From Mobula hypostoma (Eukaryota): a stretch of 64,000 bases of DNA. Of the stretch, positions 37,860 through 49,389 are shown one piece after another. Every line of letters starts with the position of its first letter. Positions within the stretch are counted from its first letter, which is position 1. A program made the position numbers and the translations under genes. The notes under the pieces were generated by a model. It was not told where the DNA came from, ran no database searches, and worked only from the letters and a program-made list of their open reading frames with translations. The stretch lies in the NCBI RefSeq assembly GCF_963921235.1, contig NC_086108.1, forward strand, positions 114,640,001 to 114,704,000, written 5' to 3'.

Positions 37860-39985
37860 GGAAAGGGTTCAGAACAGACATTTTGGGAAAAGATTTAATT
37901 GGGGTAGGGGGAAATAAGATGTAATTAGGCAGGAACAGATGTTTTTGGAAATGCACAGCAGAAATGTGGCAAATGTTCAAGGAATATTTGCATGGAGTTC
38001 TGCATAGGTATGTTCCATTGAGGTAGGGAAAGGATAGTAGGTTTAAAGAACCATGGTGTACAAAGGATGTAGAAAACCTAGTTATGAAGAAAAGGTTACG
38101 AAAGGTTCATGAAACTAGGTACTGTCAGAGCTCTAGAAAATTACAAGATTGCGAGGAAGGAGTTTAAGTATGAAAGCCAGAAGGGACCATGAGAAGGCCT
38201 TGGTGAGCAGGATTAAGGGAAACCCTGAGGCATTCTACAAGTATGTGAAGAGCAAGAGGATAAGACATGAGAAAATAGGACCAATCGGGTGCGACAGTGG
38301 AAACGTGTGTATGGAGTCGGAGGAGGTAGTGGAGGTACTTAATGAATACTTTGCTTCAGTATTCACCAAGGAAAAGGACCTTGGCAATTGTGGGGATGAC
38401 TTACAGCGGACTGAAACGCATGAGCATATAGACATTAAGAAAGAGGATGTGCTGGAGCTTTTGGAAAGCATTAAGTTAGATAAGTCACTGGGACCAGATG
38501 AGATATACCCCAGGCTACTGTGGTAAGCGAGGAAGGAGATTGCTGAGCCTCTTGTGATTATCTTTGCATCATTAATAGGGACGGGAGCAGTACTGGAGGA
38601 TTGGAGGGCTGCAAATGTTGTTCCCTTGTTCAAGAAAGGGAGCAGAGATAACCCAGGAAATTAGAGACCAGAGAGTCTGACTTCAGTGGTGGGCAATTTG
38701 TTGGAGAAGATCCTGTGAGCATTTGAAGAGACATAATCTGATTAGGGATAGTCAGCATGGCTTTGTCAAAAGTAGGTCATGCCTTATGAACTTGATTGAA
38801 TTCTTTGAGGATGCAACAAAATACATTGATGAAGGTAGATCTGCGGATATAGTGTATATGGATTTCAGTAAGGCATTTGATAAGGTTCCCCATGCAAGGC
38901 TCCTTTAGAAAGTAAGGAGGAATGGGATCCAAGGAGACCTTGCTTTGTGGATCCAGAATTGGCTTGTCCATAGAAGGCAAAGGGTGGTTGTAGATGGTTC
39001 GTATTCTACATGGAGGTCAGTGACCAGTGGTGTTCTGCAGGAATCTGTTCTGGGACCCCTCCGCTTTGTCATTTTTATAAATGATCTGGATGAAGAAGTA
39101 GAAGAGTTGGTTAGTAAGTTTGCTGATGACACGAAGGTGGGGGGTGTTGTGGATAGTCTGGAGGTTACAGTGGGACATCGATAGGATACAGAACTGGGCT
39201 GAGAAGTGGCAGATAGACTTCAACCCAGATAAGTGTGTGGTTCATTTTGGTAGGTCAAATTTGAAGACAATATAATATTAATATTAATACCATTGTGGAG
39301 GATCTAAGCGATCTTGGGGTTCGTGTCAATTGGACACTCAAAGCTGCTGTGCAGGTTGAAAGTTGTTAAGAAGGCATGTGCTGTGTTGGCATTTATCAAC
39401 CACAGGATTGAGTTCAAGAGCCATGAGGTAATGTTACAGCTTTATAAGACCTTGGTCAGACCCTACTTGACTGTGTTCAGTTCTGATCACCTCACTACAG
39501 GAAGGAGGTGGATACTATAGAGAGAGTTCAGAGATTTACAAGGATGTTGCCTGGATTGGAGGCCATACCCTATGAGAATAGTTGGAGTTAACTTGGCCTT
39601 TTCTCCTTGTAGTGATGGAGGATGAGAGGGGACCTGATAGAGGTGTATAAGATGATGAGAGGCATTGATTGTGTGGACAGCCAGAGGCTTTTTCCCAGAG
39701 CTGAAATGGCTAACAGGAGGGGGCATAGTTTTAACGTGTTCGGAAATAGGCACTGAGGGGAAGTCAGGGGTAAGTTTTTCACACAGAGAGTGAGGGGTGC
39801 GTGGAATGCACTGCCAGCGGTAGTGGTGGAAGCGGATACAATAGGGTCTTTTAAGAGCCTCTTAGATAGGTACATGGAGCTTAGAAAAATAGAGGGCTAG
39901 GGAAATTGTAGAGTAGGTTACATGGTCGGCACAATATTGTGGGCCAAAGGGCCTGTAATGTGCTGTAGATTTCTATGTTCTATGA
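37860..39985 (+). mobile_element. Decayed CR1 LINE
   Basis: ORFs 38149..38526, 38723..38908 and 38945..39184 ([11 protein letters not shown]). Confidence 0.88.
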
Positions 39986-40715
39986 TTGTCTGTTCAAGGG
40001 CATTGATATTTCCATACCAGGCTGTAATGCAACCAGTCAATACAAGTATGTCATTGTTTTAGATGTAATGCTGAATCTTCACAAACATCTAAGAAAGTTG
40101 AGGCGCTGCAGTGCTTTCTTCATAATTGCACTTTACATGCTGGGCCCAGAACAGATCCTCTGAAATGATAACACCGAGAAATTCAAAGTGGCTGACCCTC
40201 TCCACCTGTAATCCCCTGATGAGAACCAGCTCTTAGACCATTTTAATACAAATATTGGTGGCATTGTGGAAAGTGTTGAAGATTGCTGAAGGATACAATG
40301 GAATGTAGATAAGTTGCAGATGCAATGGAGAAAGGACAGATGGAGTTTAACCTAGCCAAGTCTGAAATCTTGCACTTGGAAGATCAAACATAAATGGACA
40401 GTTAATGATACAGAGTTGATTTAGAGAGATACTGGGGTCCAAATCCTTAGCTCCCTGAAAGTTGCTGAACAGGGTGACAGGAAGTGAAGGAGAATGTGGC
40501 ATGCTGGCCTTTATTAGTCAAGGCCTTGAGCTCAAGAGTCAGTAATGCTGCAATGTTTTAGATCTCTGGTAAGGCCACATCTGCAGTAGTACATTCAATT
40601 CAGGCTGCCCCATTATAGGAAGGATATGGAACCTTCACACAGGGTGCAGAAGTTTCACCAGGATGTTGCCTGGATTAGTGGAATATGTAAAAGGAAATGT
40701 TGGCAGGACATACAC

Positions 40716-40795
40716 CACGGGTTCCCAACCTTTTTTATGCCATGGACCCCTACCATTAACTGAGGATTCCATGGACCCTAGGTTCGGAACCCTCG
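40716..40795. mobile_element. Small hAT-type MITE (80 bp)
   Basis: TIR-like CACGGGTTCCCAACC / GGTTCGGAACCCTCG. Imperfect 8-bp TSD ACATACAC / ATTTACAC. Confidence 0.65.
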
Positions 40796-41417
40796 ATTTA
40801 CACAACAGTGGAGCGCTGGGGAGCAGACAGGCCTGTGTATACTAACATGCTGGAGGAACTCAGTGGGTCAGGCAGTTTCTATAGAAAAGAGTAACAGCTG
40901 ACATTTTGGGCCGAGACCCTTCTTCAGGAAGGGTCCCTAGTTCCTCCAGCATTTTGTGTGTGTTGCTTTGGATTTACAGCATCTGCAGATTTTCCTGTGT
41001 TTGTTAGGCTGCATATAGCTTCCTGAAAGTAGCAATACATGCAAAAAGTGTCTGGCATCTGTTGGATTATAGCATAGAATTGTTATTTCTCTTATATTTT
41101 CCTTGTAGTTTAATTTTCCTATGCTTGCTTATATTTTTATATAATCACATATACAAATGTAATTGTTCAGTGAACTTTCCAGTGATTATGGTATAGTTGC
41201 TTCTATATTTTTCCAGAGGCTTCTCAGTTTTTCTGCAGCAGGGGTCACGCCACATGAAGCTGGCTATTTTATAGGTTAAATCATTAAAATTTTGTCCATC
41301 TCCAGTCACAGTATGAGGCAACCACAACTTTTATTTTCTTCGTTCTCAAAGTTCTTTCTTTCTTTGTTTTTTGTTTTTCTAACACTTAATAAGTCGTTCA
41401 TAAGCAAAATGTTTTAA

Positions 41418-41467
41418 AACTCCATTGTGGATGGCCCAAGCCTATCTGAGAAAGGAAGAGGGTGGGC
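41418..41467 (+). ncRNA. Degenerate twister ribozyme (P1 type, 3' cleavage product) at the 5' end of a short RTE-derived element (41418 to about 41585)
   Basis: AA-CTCC-ATTGT-GGATGG-CCCAAGC-CTATCT-GAGAAA-GGAA-GAGGG-TGGGC follows the twister order L1/P2/P4/L4/P4'/P2'/L1'/P1'. Confidence 0.7.
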
Positions 41468-41585
41468 ATGGGGCTAGCAACCCCACCCTGTAAAAACTCA
41501 GAGCTACAGAAACTCCATCAGGAGCTCCAAAGACCTCATCCCCCACAGAAGGATATTTCAAGATGGGCTACACCTGGGGACAAGT

Positions 41586-41786
41586 TCAAAGTAAATTAAT
41601 TATCAAGGTAAATATATGTCACCATATAAAATTCTGAGAATGATTTACTTGGAGGCATGCTCAGTAAATCCAATAACCATAATAGATTCAATGAAAGACC
41701 GCACCAACAGGGCAGATAACCAGTGTGCAAAAGACAGTCAACCATGTAGTACAAAAAGAAAGAAATGAATAATAATTAAAATAAAG

Positions 41787-41825
<39 letters not shown>

Positions 41826-42190
41826 GAACATGAGATAAAGAGTCCTTGAAAGTGAGTGCATAGGTGTAGGGTAATAACCATTCCTGAGCCTAGTGGTGCG
41901 AGTCCTGGGGCTCCTGTACCTTCTTCCTGATGACAGGAGCGAGACAAAAGCCTTACCTGGATGGTGCGGGTCCCTGATGATGGATGCGGCTTTCCTGTGA
42001 CAGCATGCTGTGTAGATACACTCTGTGGTAAAGAGGGCTTTACTCGTGATGGGCTGGGCTGTATCCACTACTTTTTGTAGGATTTTCTGTTCCAGAGCTT
42101 TGGTGTTTCGATACCAGGCTGTGATGCAGCCAGTCAATATACTCTCCACCACACATCCATAGAAGATAGTCAAAGTTATAGATGCTATGC
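41586..42190 (-). mobile_element. Rex1/Babar-like LINE 3' fragment with internal (TA)n microsatellite (about 41789-41822)
   Basis: ORF 41688..42173 has ESILTGCITAWY and SGRRYRSPRTRTTRLRN. Confidence 0.82.
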
Positions 42191-42196
42191 TGAATT

Positions 42197-44015
42197 ACAA
42201 GAACATAAGAAATAGGAGCAGGAGTAGGTTATCTGGCCCCTGAAGCCTGTTAAGCCACTCAATAAGATCATGGCTGATCTGGCCAAGGACTCATCTCCAC
42301 CAATCTGCCTTTTCCCCATGACCCGTAATTCCCCTACTATGCAAAAATCTATCCAACCCTGTCTTAAATATACTTACTGAGGTAGCCTCCATTGCTTCAT
42401 TTGGGCAGAGAATTCCACAGATTTACTGCTCTCGAGAAAAAGCAGTTTCTCCTCATCTCAGTCTTAAACCTACTCCCCTGAATCTTGAGGCTATGCCCCC
42501 TAGTTCTAGTCTCACCTACCAGTGGAAACAGTTTTCTAATCTCTATCTTACCTATCCCTTTCATAATTTTATGTTTCTATAAGATCTCCTCTCATTCTTC
42601 TGAATTCCAGTGAGTACCATCCCAGGCGACTCAATCTCTCCTCATAATCTAACCCCCTCATCTCTGGAATCAACCTGGTGAACCTCCTCTGCACTGCCTC
42701 CAAAGGTAGTATACCCTTCCTCAAGTAGGGAGACCAGAACTGCACACAGTACTCCAGGTGCGGCCTCACCATTACCCTGTACAGTTGCAGTATAACCTCC
42801 CTGCTCTTAAATTCAATCCCTCTAGCAATGAAGGCCAATATTCCATTTACCTTCTTGATAACCTGCTGCACCTGCAAATCAACCTTTTGTGATTCATGCA
42901 CAAGCACTCCCAAATCCCTCTGCAAAGGGGCATTCTCCATTTTTTTACTATTTAAATAATAATCTGCTCTTTCATGTTTCCTTCCAAAGTGGATAACCTC
43001 GCATTTACCAACATTGTACTCCATCTGCCGGACACTTGCCCACTCAATCTATCTATATCTCTCTGAACACTCTCAGTATCTTCTGCACAATTTGCTTTTC
43101 CACTCAATTTAATATTGTCAACAAACTTAGATACACTACATTCGAACACATCTTCCAGATTGTGAACAGCTGCGGGCCCAGCACCGACCCCTACAGCACA
43201 CCGCTCACCACTGATTGCCAACCGGAGTAACACCCATATATCCCAACTCTCTGCTTTCTATTAGTTAACCAATCCTCTATCCATGCTAATACATCACCCC
43301 CAACCTTATCTTATGGATTAGTCTTTTATGTGGCACCTCACCGAGGCCTTCTGGAAATCCAAATAAATAACGTCCATCTGTTCCCCTCTATCCACTGTGC
43401 TCATTATATTCTTGAAGAACCCCAGTAAGTTTGTCAAACATGACCTGCCTTTGCTGAATCCATGCTGCATCTGCCTGGTGGATCCATTTCTTTCCAGGTG
43501 CCTCACTATTTCTTCTTTAATGATAGCTTCAAGCATTTTCCCAACTACAGATGTTAAACTAACTGGCCCACAGTTACCTGCCTCTGCCTACGTCCTTTTT
43601 TGAACAGTGGCGTGACATTCACCATCTCCCAATCTGCCAGGACCTGCCCAGACTCCAGAGAATTTTGGTAAATTATCACCAAAGCCTCTACTATAACATT
43701 TACCATTTCTTTCAGTACCCTGGAATGCATTCCATCAGGACCAGGGGGCTTCAGGCCCACAAGGTTGCTCAGTACTACCTCTTTAGTGATAGCTATTGTA
43801 TCGATGTCCTCACCTCCCATCGCATCCATAACATCTCTCTTTGGCAAGTTAGATGTGTCCTCCACCATGAAGACCGACACAAAATAGTCAGTCAAAGCCT
43901 CGGCAATTTCCTCATTACCAAATATCAGTTCCCTCTTCTTGTCCTCCAAGGAACCCACATTCACTTTAGCTACCCTTTTCTGCTTTTATAACTACAAAAA
44001 CTTTTACTATCTGTT
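42197..44015 (-). mobile_element. Decayed CR1 LINE
   Basis: ORFs 43554..43964, 43318..43536 and 42569..43024. Confidence 0.88.
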
Positions 44016-44017
44016 TT

Positions 44018-44350
44018 CAAAAATGCAAACATGAGGAAATCTGCAGATGCTGGAATTTCAAGCAACACACATAAAAGTTGATGACGAACGCAGCAGGCCA
44101 GGCAGCATCTCTAGGAAGAGGTAGAGTTGATGTTTCGGGCCGAGACCCTTTGTCAGGACTAACTGAAGGAAGAGCTAGTAAGAGATTTGAAAGTGGGAGG
44201 GGGAGGGGGAGATCCAAAATGATAGGAAAAGACAGGAGGGGGAGGGATGGAGCCAAGAGCTGGACAGATGATTGGCAAAAGGGATATGAGAAGATCATGG
44301 GACAGGAGGCCTAAGGAGAAAGAAAAGGAGGAGGGGGGAAAACCAGAGGA
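44018..44350 (-). mobile_element. Penelope-like pseudo-LTR remnant with the best-preserved hammerhead motif (44125-44160)
   Basis: The - strand reads AGTCCTGACAAAGGGTCTCGGCCCGAAACATCAACT, followed by the GATGCTGCCTGGCCTGCTG module. Confidence 0.72.
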
Positions 44351-44711
44351 TGTGTGTATATAAATAAATAATATACAATAAATAACTGATGGGGTACGAG
44401 GGGGTACATTCTTTTTCTCTCTCTCCTTATGAAAGCTAACACCCCATAAGCTTTCTTAACTACCCTATCTACCTGTGAGGCAACTTACAGGGATCTGTGG
44501 ACATGTATTCCCAGATCCCTCTGCTCTTCCACACTACCAAGTATCCTGCCATTTACTTTGTACTCTGCCTTGGAGTTTGTCCTTCCAACGTGTACCACCT
44601 CACACTTCTCCGGGTTGAACTCCATCTGCCAATTCTCAGCCCACTTCTGCATCCTATCAATGTCTCTCTGGAATCTTTGACAATCCTCTACACTACCTAC
44701 AACACCACCAA

Positions 44712-45990
44712 GAGACACAATGTGATTAGGGATAGTCAGCATGACTTTGTCAAGGGGAGGTTGTGCCACACGAGCCTAATGGAATTCTTTGAGGATATAA
44801 CAAAATACATTGATGGAGGTAGAGCAGTTGATGTAGTGTATATGGATTTCAGTAAGGCATTTGATAAGGTTCCCCACGCAAAGCTCATTCAGAAAGTAAT
44901 GAGGCATGGGATCCAAGGTGACCTTGCTTTGTGGATCCAGAATTGGCTTGACCACAGAAGGCAAAGTGTGGTTGTGGATGATTTGCATTCTGCATGGAGG
45001 TCGATGACCAGTAGTTTTCCGCAGGAATCTGCTCTGGGACCCCTCCGCTTTGTGATTTTTATACATGACCTGGATGAGTGAGCTACAAGGGTGGGTTAGT
45101 AAGTTTGCTGAGTACACAAAAGTTGAGGGTGATGTGGATAGTCCGGACAGTTACAGTGCGACATCGATAGGGTGCAGATGGACTTCAACCCAGGTAAATG
45201 TGAAGTGATTCCTGTTGGTAGGTCAAGTTTGAAGAAAGAATATAATATTAATGGTAAGACTGCCAAGGGGCAGTGTGGGGAATCAATGAGACCTTGGGGT
45301 CCATATCCATAGGACACTCAAAGCTGCTGCACAGGTTGACAGTGTCATTAAGAAGGCGTACAGTGCAATGGTACTTCATCAACCATGGGATTGAGTTCAA
45401 GAGCCGTGAGGTAATGTAAAGGCTATATAAGATCTTGGTTAGACCCCACTTGGAGTACTGTGTTCATTTCTGGTCACCTCACTACAGGAAGGATGTGGAT
45501 ACTATAGGGAGAGTGCAGAGGAGATTTACAAGGATGTTGCCTGGATTGGGGAGCATGCCTTATGAGAATCAGTCGAGTGAACTTGGCCTTTTCTCCATGG
45601 AGTGATGGAGGATGAGAGGTGACTTGATAGAGGTGTACAAGATGATGAGAGGCATTGATTATGTGGATAGTCAGAGGCTTTTTCCCAGGGCTGAAATGGC
45701 TAGCACATGAGGGCACTTTTTTAAGGTGCTTGGAAGTAGGTACAGAGAAGACGTCAGGTATAAGTTTTTTTACGCAGAGTAGTGTGTGCATGGAATGCAC
45801 TGCCAGCGACAGTGGTAGAGGCAAATAAAATAAGGACCTTTAAGAGACTCTTAGATAAGTATGTGGAGCTTAGAAAAATACAGGGCTATGCGGTAGGGAA
45901 ATTCTAGGCAGTTTCTAGGGTAGGTTACATGGTTGGCACAACACTGTGGGCCAAAGGGCCTGTAATGTGCTGTGATTTTCTATGTTCTGT
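44712..45990 (+). mobile_element. Decayed CR1 LINE
   Basis: RT fragment in ORF 44497..45081 (DVVYMDFSKAFDKVPH) running to the 3' UTR. Confidence 0.85.
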
Positions 45991-45991
45991 G

Positions 45992-46790
45992 TCTCAAGTT
46001 GGCAAAAGTCCACCTGGATGTTCCACAACACTTCTGGGACAATGTTCTGTAGACAGAGGAGACAAAAGTTGAACTTTTTTGGCAGAAATGCACACTGCTA
46101 TGTTTGGAGGAAAAGGCACTCAAACCAACACCAAACCCTTATCCTAACTGTAAAGCATGGTGGAAGGAGCATCATGGTTTGGGGGTGCTTGCTGCCTCAG
46201 GGCCTGGGCAGCTTGCAATCATTGACGAAACTCTGAATTAAAAATTGTATCAAGCCATTTTACATGAGAATGTCAGGATTGTGGCCCGTCACCTGAAGCT
46301 TAAAAAAAGATGATGCAACAAGACAATGATCTGAAACACAAGAGTAAATCAACATAATAATGGTTTAAAAAGAAGAAAATTCATGTTTTGGAATGGCCAG
46401 ACATTAACCCAATTGCGATGCTGGAGCACTACCTGAAGAGGGCTATTCATGCAAGTTATCCCAGAAGTATTGATGAACTGAAACAGTTTTGTATGGAGGA
46501 ATGGTCTAAAATTCCTACTTGCCATTGTGGAAATCTGATCAGCAGCTACAGCAAACGTTTGGCGATGGTTATTGCTGCTAATGGAGGTTTTACCAGTTAC
46601 CAGGGTTCACATCCTTTTTCCAGCCTGGACTGTGAATCATTAAACAAGGTGTTCAATAAAGACGTGAAAAGTAGAATTGTTTGTGTGTTATTAACTTAGG
46701 CATGTTGTGCTTGTCTATTATTGTGACTTAGATGACGATCAGAGCTTGTTTTATGAGTAATTAATGCAGAAAGACAGTAATTGCATTACT
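45992..46790 (+). mobile_element. Tc1 transposase relic (DDE region and 3' end)
   Basis: TVKHGGRSIMVWGC, a QQDND-like segment and EWPDINPI..LKRAIH..ELKQFCMEEWSKIP. Frameshifted. Confidence 0.85.
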
Positions 46791-46799
46791 TTCTTATTT

Positions 46800-48520
46800 T
46801 TCTTAATTACTTTCTTATTTGGCTTCTGTTGGTATTTAAAAGCTTCCTAATCCCCTAACTTCCCCCTAATTATTGCTGTACTCTATGCCCTCTCTTTGAC
46901 TTTTATGCTGGCTTTGATTTCCCTTGTTAACCATAGTTGTGTCATTTTCCTTTAAAATACTACTTCTTTGGGATGTATATATCCTGTGCCTTCCGAATTG
47001 TTTCCAGAAATTCCAGCCATTGCTGCTTTGCCATCATCCCTGCCAGTGTTCTTTTCCAATTAATTCTAGCCAACTGATAGAGTGTATAATATCTGACCTA
47101 GTAGAGGTGTAAAAGATGATGAGAGGCATTGATCGTATGGATAATCAGAGGCTTTTCTCCAGGGCTGAATTGGCCAACATGAGGGGGCATCGTTTTAAAG
47201 AGCTTGGAAGTAGGTACAGAGGGGATGTCAGGGGTAAGTTTTTCACACTGAGTGTGGTAAGTGTGTGGAATGTATGGATGGCGACAGTGGTGGAGGTGGA
47301 AACAATAGGGTCTTTTAAGAGACTCTTAGATAGGTACAGCACAACACTGTGGGCCAAAGGGCCTCTAATGTGCTGTAGATATCTATGTTCTATGTTAACG
47401 CCTCTCTCATTTTCCTTTTCTCTTCTGTAATACTGATACATGTGACTTTAGCTTCTCCTCAAATTTCAAGGTGAATTCGATCACATTGTGATGACTTACC
47501 TCCAAGGGTTCTGTTAACTTAATCTCTCTAAACAATTCTGGTTCACTGCACAACACCCAGTCCAGAGTAGCTGGGTCCTCAACCACAAGCTGCTGAAAAA
47601 GCCATCCCGTAGCATTCTAGAAACTCCCCCTCTTGGAATCCAGCACCAACCTGATTTTGCCATTCGACCTGCATATTGAAATCCCCCACGACTATCGTAA
47701 CATTGCCCTTTTGGCATGCATTTCCTATCTCCTGTTGTAACTTGTAGACCACATCCTTACTACTCTTTGGGGGTCTGTATACAACTCCCATTAGGGCCTT
47801 TTTCTCTTGCAGTTCCTTCGCTACATCCAGAGCAATTCAACACCTTCTGACCTGATGTCACCTCTTTCTAATGATTTACCTCCATTTTTTATCAACAGAA
47901 CCCTCTGTCTTCCTGCTTGTCCTCTCGATACAATGTGTATCCTTGGACTTTAAGCTTCCAGCTATAATCTTCTTTCAGCCATGATTCAGTGATGACTACA
48001 TCATACTTGCCAATCTGTATCTGTGCTACAAGTTAATTGACCTTATTTATTGTGCGTATTCAAATATAACACCTTTAGTCCTGTATTCACTTTTTCAATT
48101 TTGATCACCTTTTATGTCCTTGTCACCAATTTTCCCCTATTATCAGCCCCTCCTTGCTTGGAGTCTCATTACACATTGCCTCTGTTTGTAAACCAACTAC
48201 CTCATCTTCAGCATGATCACTCCAATTCCCATCCTCCTATAAAATTAGTTTAAACCCACTTGAACAGCTCTAGCCAACCTGCCAGCAAGGATATTGGACC
48301 TCAGGTTCAGGTATAACCCATCCCTTTTGTACAGGTCATACCTTCCCCAGAAGTGATCCCAATGAGAAATAAATCTGAACACCACCCCATGAACTAGTTC
48401 CTCTGAGGCACATATGCCAAATCATCCTATTCTAACTCACTGGCACGTGGCATAGGCAGCAAACCAGAGACTATGACCCTGGAGGTCCTGTTTCTCAGTT
48501 TTCTAACTAGCTCCCTCTGA
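46800..48520 (-). mobile_element. Decayed CR1 5' portion (ORF1 esterase remnant and endonuclease), with a + strand CR1 3' end at about 47095-47395
   Basis: RELVRKLRNRTSRVIVSGLLPMPRASE (ORF1-like) and GVVYRPP...VGDFNM (endonuclease). Confidence 0.8.
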
Positions 48521-48809
48521 TGTTCGCACATATTGAAGCTGTCAAACTCCTCTTTAAAATAGAGAATATGATGCGAACCGTCCCCCTTGCTGAAGTCAAT
48601 GGTCAGCTCTTGTTTTGTTGACATTGTGGTCCTGACACCATGTCTCCAAGCTGCAGAGGTTCAGAGGGGTTGTGAGGAACATTTTCCCAGTGGAGGGGGT
48701 TGGAAAATGAAACCCACTGTCTGGGGCTAGTTGGAAGCAGACACTCTCATAATAACGAACAAGTATCTTGACGGTCACTTGAATCGCAAGGCAAAGAAAG
48801 GTACAGACC

Positions 48810-49270
48810 AAGCGGTGGGTGGCCGATTATGGATATGGTGGGCCGAATAGTCTGCCTCTGAGGCTCTGTCCTCCCGCCACAACTTTGCCCACCCTCAGCC
48901 CCGCTGCGCTGCCGGTCTCCCACTCGCCTCACTCCGGTCCGGCTTCGCCGAGCATCCGCGCCGCGCCATCGCTCCAAGGCCCGGTTGCTATGGAGACGCG
49001 GCGCATGCGCATCCGCGATCATCCGGCACTGCCCCGCTGACGTTGACGCCAACCTGGCCTGACCGCGCCGCTGTTCCTCAGGGCAGTCCGGTTCCTGCCC
49101 CGCTGCCCCGTGAACTGACCGGGGGCTGGTGTGATGGACGACGCGGAGCAGGGGGAGACCGGCTGGATGGAGAGAGGGACCCAGAGGCGGGCAGAGGAGA
49201 CGAGGCGACGGCTGCGAGCTTTCCAAAACATTCGAGGTAAGCGCGCCGTGTCCGCTGCCCGCCTCACCCA
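48810..49270. promoter_or_regulatory. CpG-island bidirectional promoter shared by LRRIQ3 (presumed non-coding exon 1, - strand) and FPGT
   Basis: Densest CpG cluster in the window. Contains an RFX X-box (48984-48997), an NRF1 palindrome GCGCATGCGC (49001-49010) and tandem TGACG half-sites (49038-49048). FPGT ATG is at 49134. Confidence 0.8.
49134..49236 (+). CDS. FPGT: FPGT coding exon 1 (MDDAEQGETGWMERGTQRRAEETRRRLRAFQNIR-G)
   Basis: ATG at 49134 inside a CpG island, with a second in-frame ATG at 49167. The end TRRRLRAFQNIRG resembles human FPGT TQRKLRRFSELRG. Donor CGAG|GTAAGC, phase 1. Confidence 0.88.
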
Positions 49271-49389
49271 CCCTTCCACTGCTCCCCTCCCCACTCCCCC
49301 GACCCTCTCCCCCTCCAACCATCCACTCTCCAACTCTCTCCCCCTCCCCTTCTAACCTTCCCCCTCACCCTGCAAGCCTCCAAACCAAA

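Noticed and set aside
48747..49333. 191-aa and 104-aa antisense ORFs over the promoter
   Set aside because: Stop codons are rare in GC-rich CpG-island DNA, and there is no recognisable homology.
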